This document shows positions 18,494-30,500 of a stretch of DNA of 64,000 nt, piece after piece. How positions within the stretch are numbered: the stretch's first letter is position 1; each line of letters opens with the position of its first letter. Made by a program: the position numbers and the translations under genes. Under the pieces are notes generated by a model. That model was not told the origin of the DNA. It was given only the letters and a program-made list of their open reading frames with translations, and made no database searches. Source of the DNA: Nitrosopumilus sp. (GTDB lineage Archaea; Thermoproteota; Nitrososphaeria; Nitrososphaerales; Nitrosopumilaceae); assembly GCA_965204345.1 (NCBI GenBank), contig OZ241981.1, forward strand, positions 416,001 through 480,000, given 5' to 3'.

Positions 18494-19549
18494 TTGGGCA
18501 TGAAAAGATACATCGCCACAAGAATGGCAACAATGTTTGGAGTCTTGATGATAACACTGCTAATTACAATTGCACTGGTAGGCTCCAATATGGACACCAT
18601 TCTAAAGCAGGGAATTACATTCCAAGTAAGATCCGAAATAACAGAGAATCCATCCATTTCAGAGAGCTTCTCATCAGTAGAGGAATTTGAGGAGTTCGTT
18701 GAGGACCAAATTGATAAAAGGGTGGAAATTTTGGGACTAGACAGACCGTGGTACTCGCCACAGAGAATAGGGGTCACCATGTACAAAATCATGCTGTTGG
18801 ATTTTGGTCATGCGACATTTCTTACAAGTGACAAGGGATCCTCAAATGTAAAAGACATCCTGTTTGAAAAACTTCCAAGAACCGTCCTGTTATTTACGAC
18901 TGCCACGGTAATTATTTCAGTTGTAGGGATATTCCTAGGGGCATTCTCTAGCAGCAAGGTGGGATCAGTAACAGACAGAATTACGTCAAGCTTTGCAATC
19001 ATTAGTTCCAGCTTTCCAGTATGGTGGATAGGAATGCTAATGATATTCCTATTTGCATTTACCTGGGAGATATTTCCTGCACGGGCAACTCCGGACATCC
19101 CGTCAACTGATCCAGCATATTTTGTAACCCTGCTATACCACATGGCACTGCCACTAATCACAATTGTGATGATTGGTTTTGGATCATGGGCATATCTGGT
19201 AAGAAACTTCATGGTAGGAATAATGCAGGAAGACTTTATCATGGCAAAAAAAACAATCGGGGTCAGGCAAAAAAGAATCATCTACACACATGCCCTAAAA
19301 AATGCAGCGCCTCCAATTGCCACAATTTTGGCACTTAGCCTGTCAGGGTCCCTTGGAGGGGCAATAATTACAGAGGCAGTTTTTGACTGGCCTGGAATGG
19401 GAAGATTATACTTTGAGGCAATCACGGTAATGGACTTGCCAGTCATTATTGGAGCAACATACCTGCTGACTGTATTTTTCCTAGTTAGCATATTCATAGC
19501 AGACCTGCTTTACGGATATTTTGACCCCAGAATAAGGACAAAAAAATGA
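18494..19549 (+). CDS. dppB: Peptide/nickel ABC transporter permease (DppB/OppB family)
   Basis: LGLDRP, KLPRTVLL, P.WWIG, EDFIMAKKTIG, HALKNA, GAIITEAVFDWPGMG, ADLLYGYFDPRIR. Confidence 0.93.
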   Translation: MGMKRYIATRMATMFGVLMITLLITIALVGSNMDTILKQGITFQVRSEITENPSISESFSSVEEFEEFVEDQIDKRVEILGLDRPWYSPQRIGVTMYKIMLLDFGHATFLTSDKGSSNVKDILFEKLPRTVLLFTTATVIISVVGIFLGAFSSSKVGSVTDRITSSFAIISSSFPVWWIGMLMIFLFAFTWEIFPARATPDIPSTDPAYFVTLLYHMALPLITIVMIGFGSWAYLVRNFMVGIMQEDFIMAKKTIGVRQKRIIYTHALKNAAPPIATILALSLSGSLGGAIITEAVFDWPGMGRLYFEAITVMDLPVIIGATYLLTVFFLVSIFIADLLYGYFDPRIRTKK

Positions 19550-20919
19550 GCAATAGTATTAGCAGTCCCCAGGAGATCAAAGAAGAATTTCTTAAAAGCA
19601 GGATGGGAATTGCAGGCATTGCAATCCTCCTAATTCTGGTGGGAATTTCAATTGCTGCGGTGGTTGCAATTCCAATAGAGACACTGCAGGAATGGAACAA
19701 TCCTGGAAGCTGGATTCTGAATCCCAAGGTCGCAGTTCCGGTTTGGGTAAACGTCTTTATGATAGAAAAAATTCCAGAGCACCAAATATTAGAAACGCCA
19801 AACACAGAAAAAATCTCAAATGATCAAATAACACTTGTCTCGCATCAGTTTGGGCTGAATTTTGACTATGACGATTTTCCAAATGACTTTATCTATGTAT
19901 TTTCATCAGAATACCTGGGATCCCCGCTATTGCAAATATCAGTAATCAGGCCAGACGGAATAAAGCTTGATTTGCTATCAACGTCACTTCCCCATTCAGA
20001 CACAAAAGCGATTCACAGCGAAAAGATATTTTCAACAGATGATTCAATAAAGAAAAACCTTGCATTACAGTCAGATAATTTTGGCTTTGCATTTGACAGG
20101 CTGGCATCAGAGAAGATTATTTTTTCAAAAAATACGGCAAATGAGCCGCTAAAAGGAGACTATATTTTTTCAATAGACCTGTACGGGGCAGACTCTGAAA
20201 ATGAGATCACAGATTCAAAGCTGATCATAGGCGGCAAGGCCTTTGGAGTCATGGGTACAGACGAGCTAAGAAGGGATTTGGCCATAGGCCTATTGTGGGG
20301 TACCCCGCTTGCGCTGTTTATCGGACTGGTCGTATCCATTGCGTCTGTAATCATGGGACTGCTTTATGGGGTATATGCAGGATACAAGAGTAGAAAGACA
20401 GACGAGGTGATGATGCGGTTTAATGACGTCATTTACGCATTGCCTGCACTGCCATTTTTGATCATCCTTTCAGTCACAATAAGCAACAGCATATTTGTGA
20501 TGGTGGGATTTTTGACGGTTTTTGGATGGGTAGGCATAGCAAAAGTGGCAAGAAGCATGTCACTGCAAATTAAAACCAGGGGATACATAGATGCTGCAAA
20601 CATGATGGGTCAAAAAGACTCTAGGGTAATTCTAAGACACATTATGCCACAGCTGCTTCCGTATGCCTTTGCCAGCATTGCAATCTCTGTGCCTGCTGCA
20701 ATCACGACAGAGGCAGGACTAAGCTTTCTAGGATTAGGGGACCCGTCATTTCCCACGTGGGGACAGATACTGCACGATGCCAATACGTTTGGAGCGGCCT
20801 CTAGGGGGCTGTGGTGGTGGATTATGCCCCCAGGAATAATGATTGCAATAGCAGGATTGGCATTTGTGTTTATCGGAAATGCACTAGATGCAGTAATCAA
20901 TCCAAAACTAAAGAGATAG
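19546..20919 (+). CDS. dppC: Peptide/nickel ABC transporter permease (DppC/OppC family) with large extracellular loop
   Basis: MGTDELRRD, YIDAANMMG, RHIMPQ, EAGLSFLGLGDP, WGQIL, GNALDAVINPK; ATGA overlap with dppB. Confidence 0.93.
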   Translation: MSNSISSPQEIKEEFLKSRMGIAGIAILLILVGISIAAVVAIPIETLQEWNNPGSWILNPKVAVPVWVNVFMIEKIPEHQILETPNTEKISNDQITLVSHQFGLNFDYDDFPNDFIYVFSSEYLGSPLLQISVIRPDGIKLDLLSTSLPHSDTKAIHSEKIFSTDDSIKKNLALQSDNFGFAFDRLASEKIIFSKNTANEPLKGDYIFSIDLYGADSENEITDSKLIIGGKAFGVMGTDELRRDLAIGLLWGTPLALFIGLVVSIASVIMGLLYGVYAGYKSRKTDEVMMRFNDVIYALPALPFLIILSVTISNSIFVMVGFLTVFGWVGIAKVARSMSLQIKTRGYIDAANMMGQKDSRVILRHIMPQLLPYAFASIAISVPAAITTEAGLSFLGLGDPSFPTWGQILHDANTFGAASRGLWWWIMPPGIMIAIAGLAFVFIGNALDAVINPKLKR

Positions 20920-21231
20920 TCAGTCTGCAAAGCTGCGAATAATGTTCAGTGCAGAGTCGTTAAGCTTTATTGTGTATGTTAGGGAATTTGGGTCTTCCTT
21001 GGTTTTAGCCAAGATTTCAGTAAATCTTACTTTTTGGTCTTCAGTTGCGCCTGCCTCGTGTGCGCAAAGATTGAATGCCTTGAGGTTTAGGTTGTTTTTG
21101 AGCAAGTGCGCAATGAATTTCTTATAATTCTCGGGGTTTTCCCAGCTGGCATTTTTTTCAAAACATGTAGCAATCCAAACATCAACAGAGTTGTGAAAGA
21201 TTACTTTTTTTCGAATTTCATCCAAAGACAT
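20920..21231 (-). CDS. Hypothetical protein
   Basis: 103-aa ORF tightly packed between neighbours. Confidence 0.75.
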   Translation of the reverse strand: MSLDEIRKKVIFHNSVDVWIATCFEKNASWENPENYKKFIAHLLKNNLNLKAFNLCAHEAGATEDQKVRFTEILAKTKEDPNSLTYTIKLNDSALNIIRSFAD

Positions 21232-21239
21232 TTTTTTAC

Positions 21240-21584
21240 CTAAAAATCAGCCCGTTGCATCTTAGAGCCGCAGCGAGGACAGGTGCCGCCTTTGTGTTTG
21301 TTGTTGCAAACAAGGCATACATATCGCACGCTGCTGCCGGAACTTCCTTGTGTGCCCATGCCAAAAAAGCCGCCGCCACCGCCGCCAGAATCTCCGCCAT
21401 AATTGCCCATGCGCCTCATCTGATTTCTTCTCATCATCATTGGCAATATGATGAAAATTGCCATAACAAGGGCGATACTAAAATACCATGGGACGCCCAA
21501 GTATCCAAGGACTATTTGCAGGCCGATGCTAAAAACAAGCGATGCTCCTAGGAATAGATAATATCGCTTAAGTTGAGGATTCAA
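21240..21584 (-). CDS. Two-TM membrane protein with Gly-rich linker and C-terminal zinc ribbon
   Basis: Two hydrophobic helices, GGGGGG linker, YVCLVC..HKGGTCPRCGS. Confidence 0.8.
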   Translation of the reverse strand: MNPQLKRYYLFLGASLVFSIGLQIVLGYLGVPWYFSIALVMAIFIILPMMMRRNQMRRMGNYGGDSGGGGGGFFGMGTQGSSGSSVRYVCLVCNNKHKGGTCPRCGSKMQRADF

Positions 21585-21827
21585 TTCACAAAAAGTATCT
21601 TAAAAAAGGATATAAAGTTTGTTCAGGTTTGTCAGGATTCTGGCAAATTTTGGTGCCTTGTGTCATAAAGCAGGTGTAATGGCAATCTCTGAATTGTACT
21701 TTGGGATTTTTTGATGGCTGGAGACCGGTCATTTTTTTAAGAAAGTATCTTTCTCCCTCTTGCAATTTGCTGTCAAATTCCAGTGATCAGAATTTATCAG
21801 ACCCAAAGACAACTTGCAGTCACATAG

Positions 21828-24553
21828 ATCAAAAGTACCTGTAAAATAGCAAAGAATTAGAAAGAGTCTAGCCTAGCGGAATCTCTACTGTCTGTGTCAG
21901 TATTCCCTGCTCAACGCCGTTGGTGCTAACGCTGATTGCGTTGCCGCCCTGCTGGATGCCCCTCAAGGAGTTGACCTGCTCATCAGTGTGCGTAAACTGT
22001 ACAAAGACGTTGAGATCATCATTGCTGTCTTCCCTGCCATACCTGTCTGGGAACGCGATGGTAGTTACGGTTTGTCCTGAGATTCCAAGTTCCTTTTCTG
22101 CAAACACGTCAGGTACTGACTGCAACACCATGTATTGCGTTAGTGTCTCACCGGTATCCTCGTTTGTAAACTCAATGTTGGTATTTAGGAATTCTTTGAG
22201 CACGTCTGGCAGGTCAACCTGCGTTGATATGTCGTTGATTTTCATGCCTGATTTTTGAGATACTGTCACTGCATCCTCAGATGCAATTGCAATTTCAGCA
22301 GAGGTTGGAACTATAGTCCTGCTTCCATCTCCTGCAATAATCTCAATTGTGTCACCGCCCAAGAGAACGCCTCTCATGGAGTTGACCATATCATCAGAGG
22401 ATGATATCTGCAAGAAGAGGTTTGCATTGTTGTTGCTCTCCTCAGAACCGGGTCTGTCAGTTAGTGCAACTGTGGTAACTGTCTGTCCGCTGATTCCCAG
22501 GACAGTCTCGGCATACTTGTCAGGGTTGGATTGCAGTGTCTGGAAATCAGTGAGTCTCATGCCAGTGTTATCATTTGTAATATCAGTAAAGTCAGCAAGG
22601 AACTCGCGGACTAGTTGGGGTGTCTGTACCGGGGCCAGTCCAGGTATCGGTACTGCTGGGAGATCAGTCATGGTGTCAGTTGGCAAATCTGCTCTAGAAG
22701 AGGGCTGGTCAGGTGTTACAACTGCACTGCCACCGGTAATAACAGGTGAGGATGACTCGTATGTGTTTACAGATACAGAGCCCGAACATTCGGTGATGTT
22801 AAGTGACTTTGAATCAGTGGATATTCCTCTTGATGCAATATTTTCTACCTGTACGTGTACAAACGACTCGTTTGGTGAGAGGTTTGCATCAAATGAAATT
22901 CTTCCAGGATAGGACTGCTCATCAGAGCGTTCTGCCGTGATTACACCTGCATAGGTTCTAAGCTTTACAGACAGATTGTCAGTTACAGGACCAGCTATTA
23001 CGTTGATTGTGTTTGCCTCACAGACATCCCATTGTACATCATACAAAACAGCAGCAGAGGCACCATTTGCAACAGATGAGCCGCTAGATGGAAGGGAAGC
23101 GCCACCGCCACCGCCACCGCCACCACCACCACCGCCGCCACCGCTGCGGCTACTAGAAGGTGTGGATGGTGTAGGTTCGACAGGAACCGTAGAGAATGAG
23201 CCAAATGAACTAAAGTGCGTGGTCCAGATGATCATATCAGAGCCGTCACGAACAAAACAGGATTCCAACGCAGTGCCAGCTTCAAGATTAGTATTGGCAG
23301 TAGTCTGATTGACAGGAACAAATGGACATACAACTAGTGATCGTGAATCTACAACGCCATCAGCAACTTCTTCTGAGAAGAAGGCACCCTCATAGCTTGC
23401 CTGGCCAGGCAAGAGTAACCTGACTGCCTGATCAAATGTTAATCTAGTGTTATCATCACCGACTGAGAATGCCAGGCCTATCTCATCATTTGGAGTTGGA
23501 GGAACAGCAGTACCAGTAGAAAGAGATGGAACTGCGATACGGCCAGTCCAGTCACCAGATGAATCGCTTACAACCACATTAGCCGGATAAGTGACAGTTA
23601 CTGTTTGAGAATCAGAGAGTGTAGAATTAACGACAGTAACAGAATCAGAAATTGTCACACTCTTTGGTACGGTTGGATTGGCAGTACCAAATGTTGGAGC
23701 GCCATTAAAGTCAAGCAGCTGGCCATCAGTAGTGAAAATCGTTTCAGGCAATGTGTCATGTATTACATTAAGGGTGATCAAATTTGAAGATGCCAGATAT
23801 GTCCTTACAACATCACTGCCAAGCGGGATATTATCTTCAATGGTATCTCCGGTAGTGTTGATTGTAACTGTAACTGGGGCAGATGCGGTGTTGAGGTTGC
23901 CTGCAAGGTCTGTTGCCACGTCTGCTGCTATTGATACAACTATTGTTCCGTCTGTAGAGCCGCGAGCCACATTAAAGGTGTAGACACTGCCATCACCACC
24001 AATGTTGGATGCTACTGGATTGCCGCTGTTTGCAGTGCCTGTTACTGTAATGTCACCTAGCTCAAAGTTCTGGACATCCTCACTGAATGTTGCCGTAAAC
24101 GTTACTTGGTCATCACTGGTGGTAGTGATGCCATCAGCAGGTGTAATGGATACGGATGGCCTCACCATGTCCACTGTAATAATATGTACAGCATCTGTGT
24201 TGCCATCTGTTACCACATCGTCAGGTATGGTTACTGTTAGCTCACCACCTGTGGTGATGCCGTGTGTGACTGTAAAGGCATAGTCAGCACCGCTTCCACT
24301 AAATGCAGATATCAGGCTGCCAGGTGTATCAGAAGGAACTCCGTCAATTGCCACAGTGATGTCAGATTCTACAAATTCTGTGACATCCTCGCTAAAGGTT
24401 GCAGTAAATGAGATGGTATCAGAGTTTGTAGGATCAGCAGCATTTGTGCTCAGGGATACGTATGAGACAGTGGTATCTATGGTGACAGTGACTGGTACAG
24501 ATGCGGTATTAGAGTTGCCTGCAAGGTCTGCTGCCACGTCTGCTGCAATGGAT
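21828..24553 (-). repeat. ~2.7-kb near-identical direct repeat (3' end and 3' flank of paralog 1); partner at 52314-55036
   Basis: Line-by-line match at offset 30486, changing to 30483 after a 3-bp indel in the poly-Gly tract. Confidence 0.95.
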
Positions 24554-27500
24554 ATAATTACTGTTCCGTCAGAGGATATGCCTGCAACGTTAAAGGTGTA
24601 TGTGCGAGCATCAACTGCTACAAAGTCAGTTGCTGTGAGGGTGCCGTTGTTGGCAGTGCCTGTTACTGTAATGTCAGTTAGGATAAACTCTTCAACATCC
24701 TCTCTAAATTCTACTATAAATGGTACCGTATCAAGTCCGGTGCTGCTGCCAGCAGGTGAACTGACAGAGACTGTTGGGGCAGTGGTGTCTATTGTGACGG
24801 TGACTAAATTAGATGCGGTGTTGGAGTTGCCTGCAAGGTCTGTTAGCGCACCAGCATCTATTGATGCAATTACGGTTCCGTCTGAGGAACCGCGAGCAAC
24901 ATCAAAGGTGTATGTGCGGGCACCAACTGTTACAAGGTTGGCTGCTGCTGGGGCGCCGTCGTTTGCGGTGCCTGCCACTGTAATGTCAGCCAGAACAAAG
25001 TTCTGGACATCCTCGTTAAAGGTTGCCGTAAAGGTTATGGTATCAGAGTTGGTGAGATCATTGGCAGTTGTAGTTACAGAGACAGTTGGAACAAGAGTGT
25101 CTATTGTGACGGTAACTGGGGCAGATGCGGTGTTGGAGTTGCCTGCAAGGTCTGTTGCTACGTCTACTGCTATGGATGGAGTTACGGTTCCGTCTGTGGT
25201 GCCGCGAGCAACATCAAAGGTGTATGTGCGGGCATCAACTGTTGCAAAGTTGGTTGCTGCTGGAGCATCTCCGTTGGCAGTGCCCGTTACTGTAATGTCA
25301 GCCAGAACAAAGTTCTGGACATCCTCGCTAAAGGTTGCCGTAAAGGTTACGGGGTCATCACCAGTGATGGTGCCATCGGCAGGTGTAATGGATACGGTTG
25401 GGACAATAGTGTCTATTGTGACAGTAACTGGGGCAGATGCGGTGTTGGAGTTGCCTGCAAGGTCTGTTGCCACATTTGCTGCAATGGATGGAGATACGGT
25501 TCCGTCTGTAGAGCCGCGAGCAACATCAAAGGTGTATGTGCGGGCATCAACTGTTGCAAAGTTGGTTGCTACTGGATTGCCGTCGTTGGCAGTACCAGTT
25601 ATTGTAATGTCAGCTAGGACAAAGTCTTGGACATCCTCGCTAAAGGTTGCCGTAAAGGTTACGGGGTCATCACCAGTGATGGTGCCATCGGCAGGTGTAA
25701 TGGATACGGTTAGGGCAGTAGTATCTATTGTGACGGTAACTGGGGCAGATGCGGTGTTGGAATTGCCTGCAAGGTCTGTTGCTACGTCTGCTGCTATGGA
25801 TGAAGTTACGGTTCCGTCTGAGGAACCGCGAGCAACATCAAAGGTGTATGTGCGGTCATCAACTGTTACAAAGTTGGCTGCTGCTGGAGCACCGCCGTTG
25901 GCAGTACCAGTTATCGTAATACCAGCTAGCTCAAAGTTCTGGACATCCTCACTGAATGTTGCAGTAAATGTTACTGGGTCAGCACCAGTGATAGTACCAT
26001 CAGCAGGTGTAATGGTTACGGTTGGGGCCATGGTGTCTATGATGACAGTAACGGAGTTAGATGCCGTGTTGAGGTTGCCTGCGGCATCTGTTGCCACATC
26101 TGATTCAATGGATACAATTACGTCTCCGTCAGAAGCTATGCCTGCAACGTTAAAGGTGTATGTGCGGTCATTAACTGCTGCAAAGCTGGATGCTGTAAGG
26201 GTGCCGCCGTTGGCAGTGCCTCCTACTGTAATGTCATTTGTGACAAAGTTCTCAACTGCCTTGTTGAAGGTTACTGTAAATGGTACCGTATTAGAGTTGG
26301 TGGTGTCGCCTGCAGTTGTAGTTACAGAGGCTGTTAGAGCTTGAGTGTCTATTGTGACGGTAACTGGAGCAGATGCCGTGTTGAGGTTGCCTGCGGCATC
26401 TGTTGCCACATTTTCTGCAATTGTCACGGTTACGGTTCCGTCTGAGCTTCCGCGCAATACATCAAAGGTGTATTGAGCACCAGATCCTGCAAGGTTTGAT
26501 GCTACTGGAGCGCTACCGTTGACAGTGCCCGTTACTGTAATGTCAGCTAGCTCAAAGTCTGCAACTGGCTTGTTGAAGTTTACTGTAAATGGTATTGTAG
26601 TAAGATTGGTGTTCTCGCCTGCAGTTGTAGTTACAGATACTGTTAGGTCAGTGGTGTCTACTGTGACGGTAACTTGGGTAGATGCAGTGTTGGAGTTGCC
26701 TAGAGAGTCTGCTGTTACACCTGCTGCAATTGATGCAATTACATCTCCGTCAGAAGCTATGCCTGCAACATCAAAGGTGTATGTACGGTTATCAACTGTC
26801 TGAATGTTGGTTGCTGTGAGAGTGCCGCCGTTGGCATCGCCTTCTATTGTAATGTCATCTGCGGTAATTGGATCAACATCCCTGCTAAAGGTTGCCGTAA
26901 ATGTTATTGTATTAGAATTGGTGTTGGCACCTGCATTTGAACTCAGAGTGACTGTTGGGCGAACGGTGTCTATTGTGACGGTAACTGGTGCAGATGCCTC
27001 GTTGAGGTTGGCTGCAAGGTCTGTTGCCTCGCCTGCATCTATAGATGCAATTACAGTTCCATCTGATGAGCCTCGAGCAACATCAAAGGTGTATGTGCGG
27101 GCATTAACTGTTTCAAAGTTGGTTGCTGCAGGAGCACCGCCGTTGGCAGATCCTGTTACTGTAATGTCACTTGCGTCAAAGTTCTGGACATCCTCGCTAA
27201 AGGTTGCAGTAAATGTTACGGGGTCATCGCTGGTGGTGGTGCCATCGGGAGGTGTAATGGTTACGGTTGGGGTAGTGGTGTCTATTGTGACGGTAATTGA
27301 GGTAGATGCGGTGTTGAGGTTGCCTGCGATATCTGTTGCTACATCTGCTGCAATTGTCACGGTTACGGTTCCGTCTGAGGTTCCGCGCAATACATCAAAG
27401 GTGTAATCAGTACCAGATCCTGCAAGGTTTGATGCTGCTGGAGTGCCGTCGTTGGCAGTACCCATTACTGTAATGTCACTTGCGTCAAAGTCCTCAACTG

Positions 27501-30500
27501 CCTTGTTGAAGGTTACTGTAAATGGTACCGTAGCAAGGGCGGTGTTCTCGTCTGCAGTTGTAGTTACAGTTGCTGTTAGGGCAATGGTGTCTATTGTGAC
27601 AGCAGCAGAACTTGGGGATGCAAGATTGGAGTTGCCTGCGGCATCTGTTGCCACACCTGCTGCGATTGACACGGTTACGGTTCCGTCTGAGGAACCGCGC
27701 ACTACATCAAAGGTGTATTGAGCACCAGATCCTACAAGGTTGGATGCTGCTGGAGCGCTACCGTTGACAGTGCCCGTTACTGTAATGTCAGATAGTTCAA
27801 AGTCTTCAACTGGCTTGTTGAAGGTTACTGTAAATGGTATTGTAGTAAGATTGGTGTTCTCGCCTGCAGTTGTAGTTACAGATACTGTTAGGTCAGTGGT
27901 ATCTACTGTGACTGTAACTTGGGTAGATGCAGTGTTGGAGTTGCCTAGAGAGTCTGCTGTTACACCTGCTGCAATTGATGCAATTACATCTCCGTCAGAA
28001 GCTATGCCTGCAACATCAAAGGTGTATGTACGGTTATCAACTGTCTGAATGTTGGTTGCTGTGAGAGTGCCGCCGTTGGCATCGCCTTCTATTGTAATGT
28101 CATCTGCGGTAATTGGATCAACATCCCTGCTAAAGGTTGCCGTAAATGTTATTGTATTAGAATTGGTGTTGGCACCTGCATTTGAACTCAGAGTGACTGT
28201 TGGGCGAACGGTGTCTATTGTGACGGTAACTGGTGCAGATGCCGTGTTGAGGTTGCCTGCGGCATCTGTTGCCACATTTTCTGCAATTGTCACGGTTACG
28301 GTTCCGTCTGAGGTTCCGCGCAATACATCAAAGGTGTATTGAGCACCAGATCCTACAAGGTTGGATGCTGCTGGAGCGCTACCGTTGACAGTGCCCGTTA
28401 CTGTAATGTCAGCTAGCTCAAAGTCTGCAACTGGCTTGTTGAAGGTTACTGTAAATGGTACCGTATCAAGATTGGTGTTCTCGCCTGCAGTTGTAGTTAC
28501 AGATACTGTTAGAGCTTCAGAGTCTATTGTGACGGTAACTGGTGCAGATGCAGTATTGAGGTTGCCTGCGGCATCTGTTGCCACATCTGATGCTATGGAT
28601 ACAATCACGGTTCCGTCTGAGCTTCCGCGTACTACATCAAAGGTGTATTGAGCACCAGATCCTGCAAGGTTTGATGCTACTGGAGCGCTACCGTTGACAG
28701 TGCCCGTTACTGTAATGTCAACTAGCTCAAAGTCCTCAACTGCCTTGTTGAAGGTTACTGTAAATGGTACCGTATCAAGGTTGGTGTTATCGCCTGCAGT
28801 TGTAGTTACAGTTGCTGTTAGGTCAGTGGTGTCTACTGTGACGGTAACTTGGGTAGATGCAGTGTTGGAGTTGCCTGCTAAGTCTGTTGTTACACCTGCT
28901 GCAATGGATGCAATTACTGTTCCGTCAGAAGCTATGCCTGCAACATCAAAGGTGTATGTGCTGGCATCAACTGTCTGAATGTTGGTTGCTGTGAGAGTGC
29001 CGCCGTTGGCATCGCCTTCTATTGTAATGTCAGTTGTGGTAATTGGAACAACATCCCTGCTAAAGGTTGCAGTAAATGTTATTGTATTAGAATTGGTGTT
29101 GGCACCTGCATTTGAACTCAGAGTGACTGTTGGGCGAACGGTGTCTATTGTGACAGTAACTGGTGCAGATGCCTCGTTGGGGTTGGCTGCAAGGTCTGTT
29201 GCCACGCCTGCTGCTATGGATGCAATTACGGTTCCGTCTGATGAGCCTCGAGCAACATCAAAGTTGTATGTGCGGGCATCAACTGTTGTAAAGTTGGCTG
29301 CTGTCGGATTGGTGCCGTTGGCAGTGCCAGTTATCGTAATATCAGCTAGCACAAAGTTCTGGACATCCTCACTGAATGTTGCAGTAAACGTTACTGGGTC
29401 ATCACTGGTGGTGGTGCCATCATCAGGAGTAATGATTACGGTTGGGGCTGTGGTGTCTACTGTGACTGTAACTTGGGTAGATGCCGTGTTGAGGTTGCCT
29501 GCGATATCTGTTGCTACATCTGCTGCAATTGATACGGTTACGGTTCCGTCTGAGGTTCCGCGCAATACATCAAAGGTGTAATCAGTACCAGATCCTGCAA
29601 GGTTTGATGCTGCTGGGGTGCCGTCGTTGGCAGTACCCGTTACTGTAATGTCACTTGCGTCAAAGTCCTCAACTGCCTTGTTGAAGGTTACTGTAAATGG
29701 TACCGTAGCAAGGGCGGTGTTCTCGTCTGCAGTTGTAGCTACAGATACTGTTAGGTCAGTGGTGTCTATTGTAACAGCAGCAGAACTTGGGGATGCAAGA
29801 TTGGAGTTGCCTGCGGCATCTGTTGCCACATCTGCTGCAATTGATACGGTTACGGTTCCGTCTGAGGTTCCGCGCAATACATCAAAGGTGTATTGAGCAC
29901 CAGATCCTACAAGGTTGGATGCTGCTGGAGTGCCGTCGTTGGCAGTACCTGCTACTGTAATGTCAGCTAGCTCAAAGTCTGCAACATCCTTGTTGAAGGT
30001 TACTGTAAATGGTATTGTAGTAAGATTGGTGTTATCGCCTGCAGTTGTAGCTACAGATACTGTTAGATCAGTGGTGTCTACTGTGACTGTAACTTGGGTA
30101 GATGCCGTGTTGAGGTTGCCTGCGGCATCTGTTGCCACACCTGCTGCAATTGATGCAATTACGGTTCCGTCAGAAGCTATGTCTGCAACGTTAAAGGTGT
30201 ATGTGCGGGCATCATCTCCTACAAAGCCGGATGCTGTGAGGGTGCCGTTGTTGGCAGTACCAGTTACTGTAATGTCAGCTAGCTCAAAGTCCTCAACTGC
30301 CTTGTTGAAGGTTACTGTAAATGGTACCGTATCAAGGTTAGTGTTCTCGCCTGCAGTTGTAGCTATAGAGGCTGTTAGGTCAGTGGTGTCTATTGTAACA
30401 GCAGCAGAACTTGAGGATGCAAGATTGGAGTTACCTGCGGCATCTGTTGCCACATCTGCATCTATGGATACGGTTACGGTTCCGTCAGAGGTTCCGCGCA

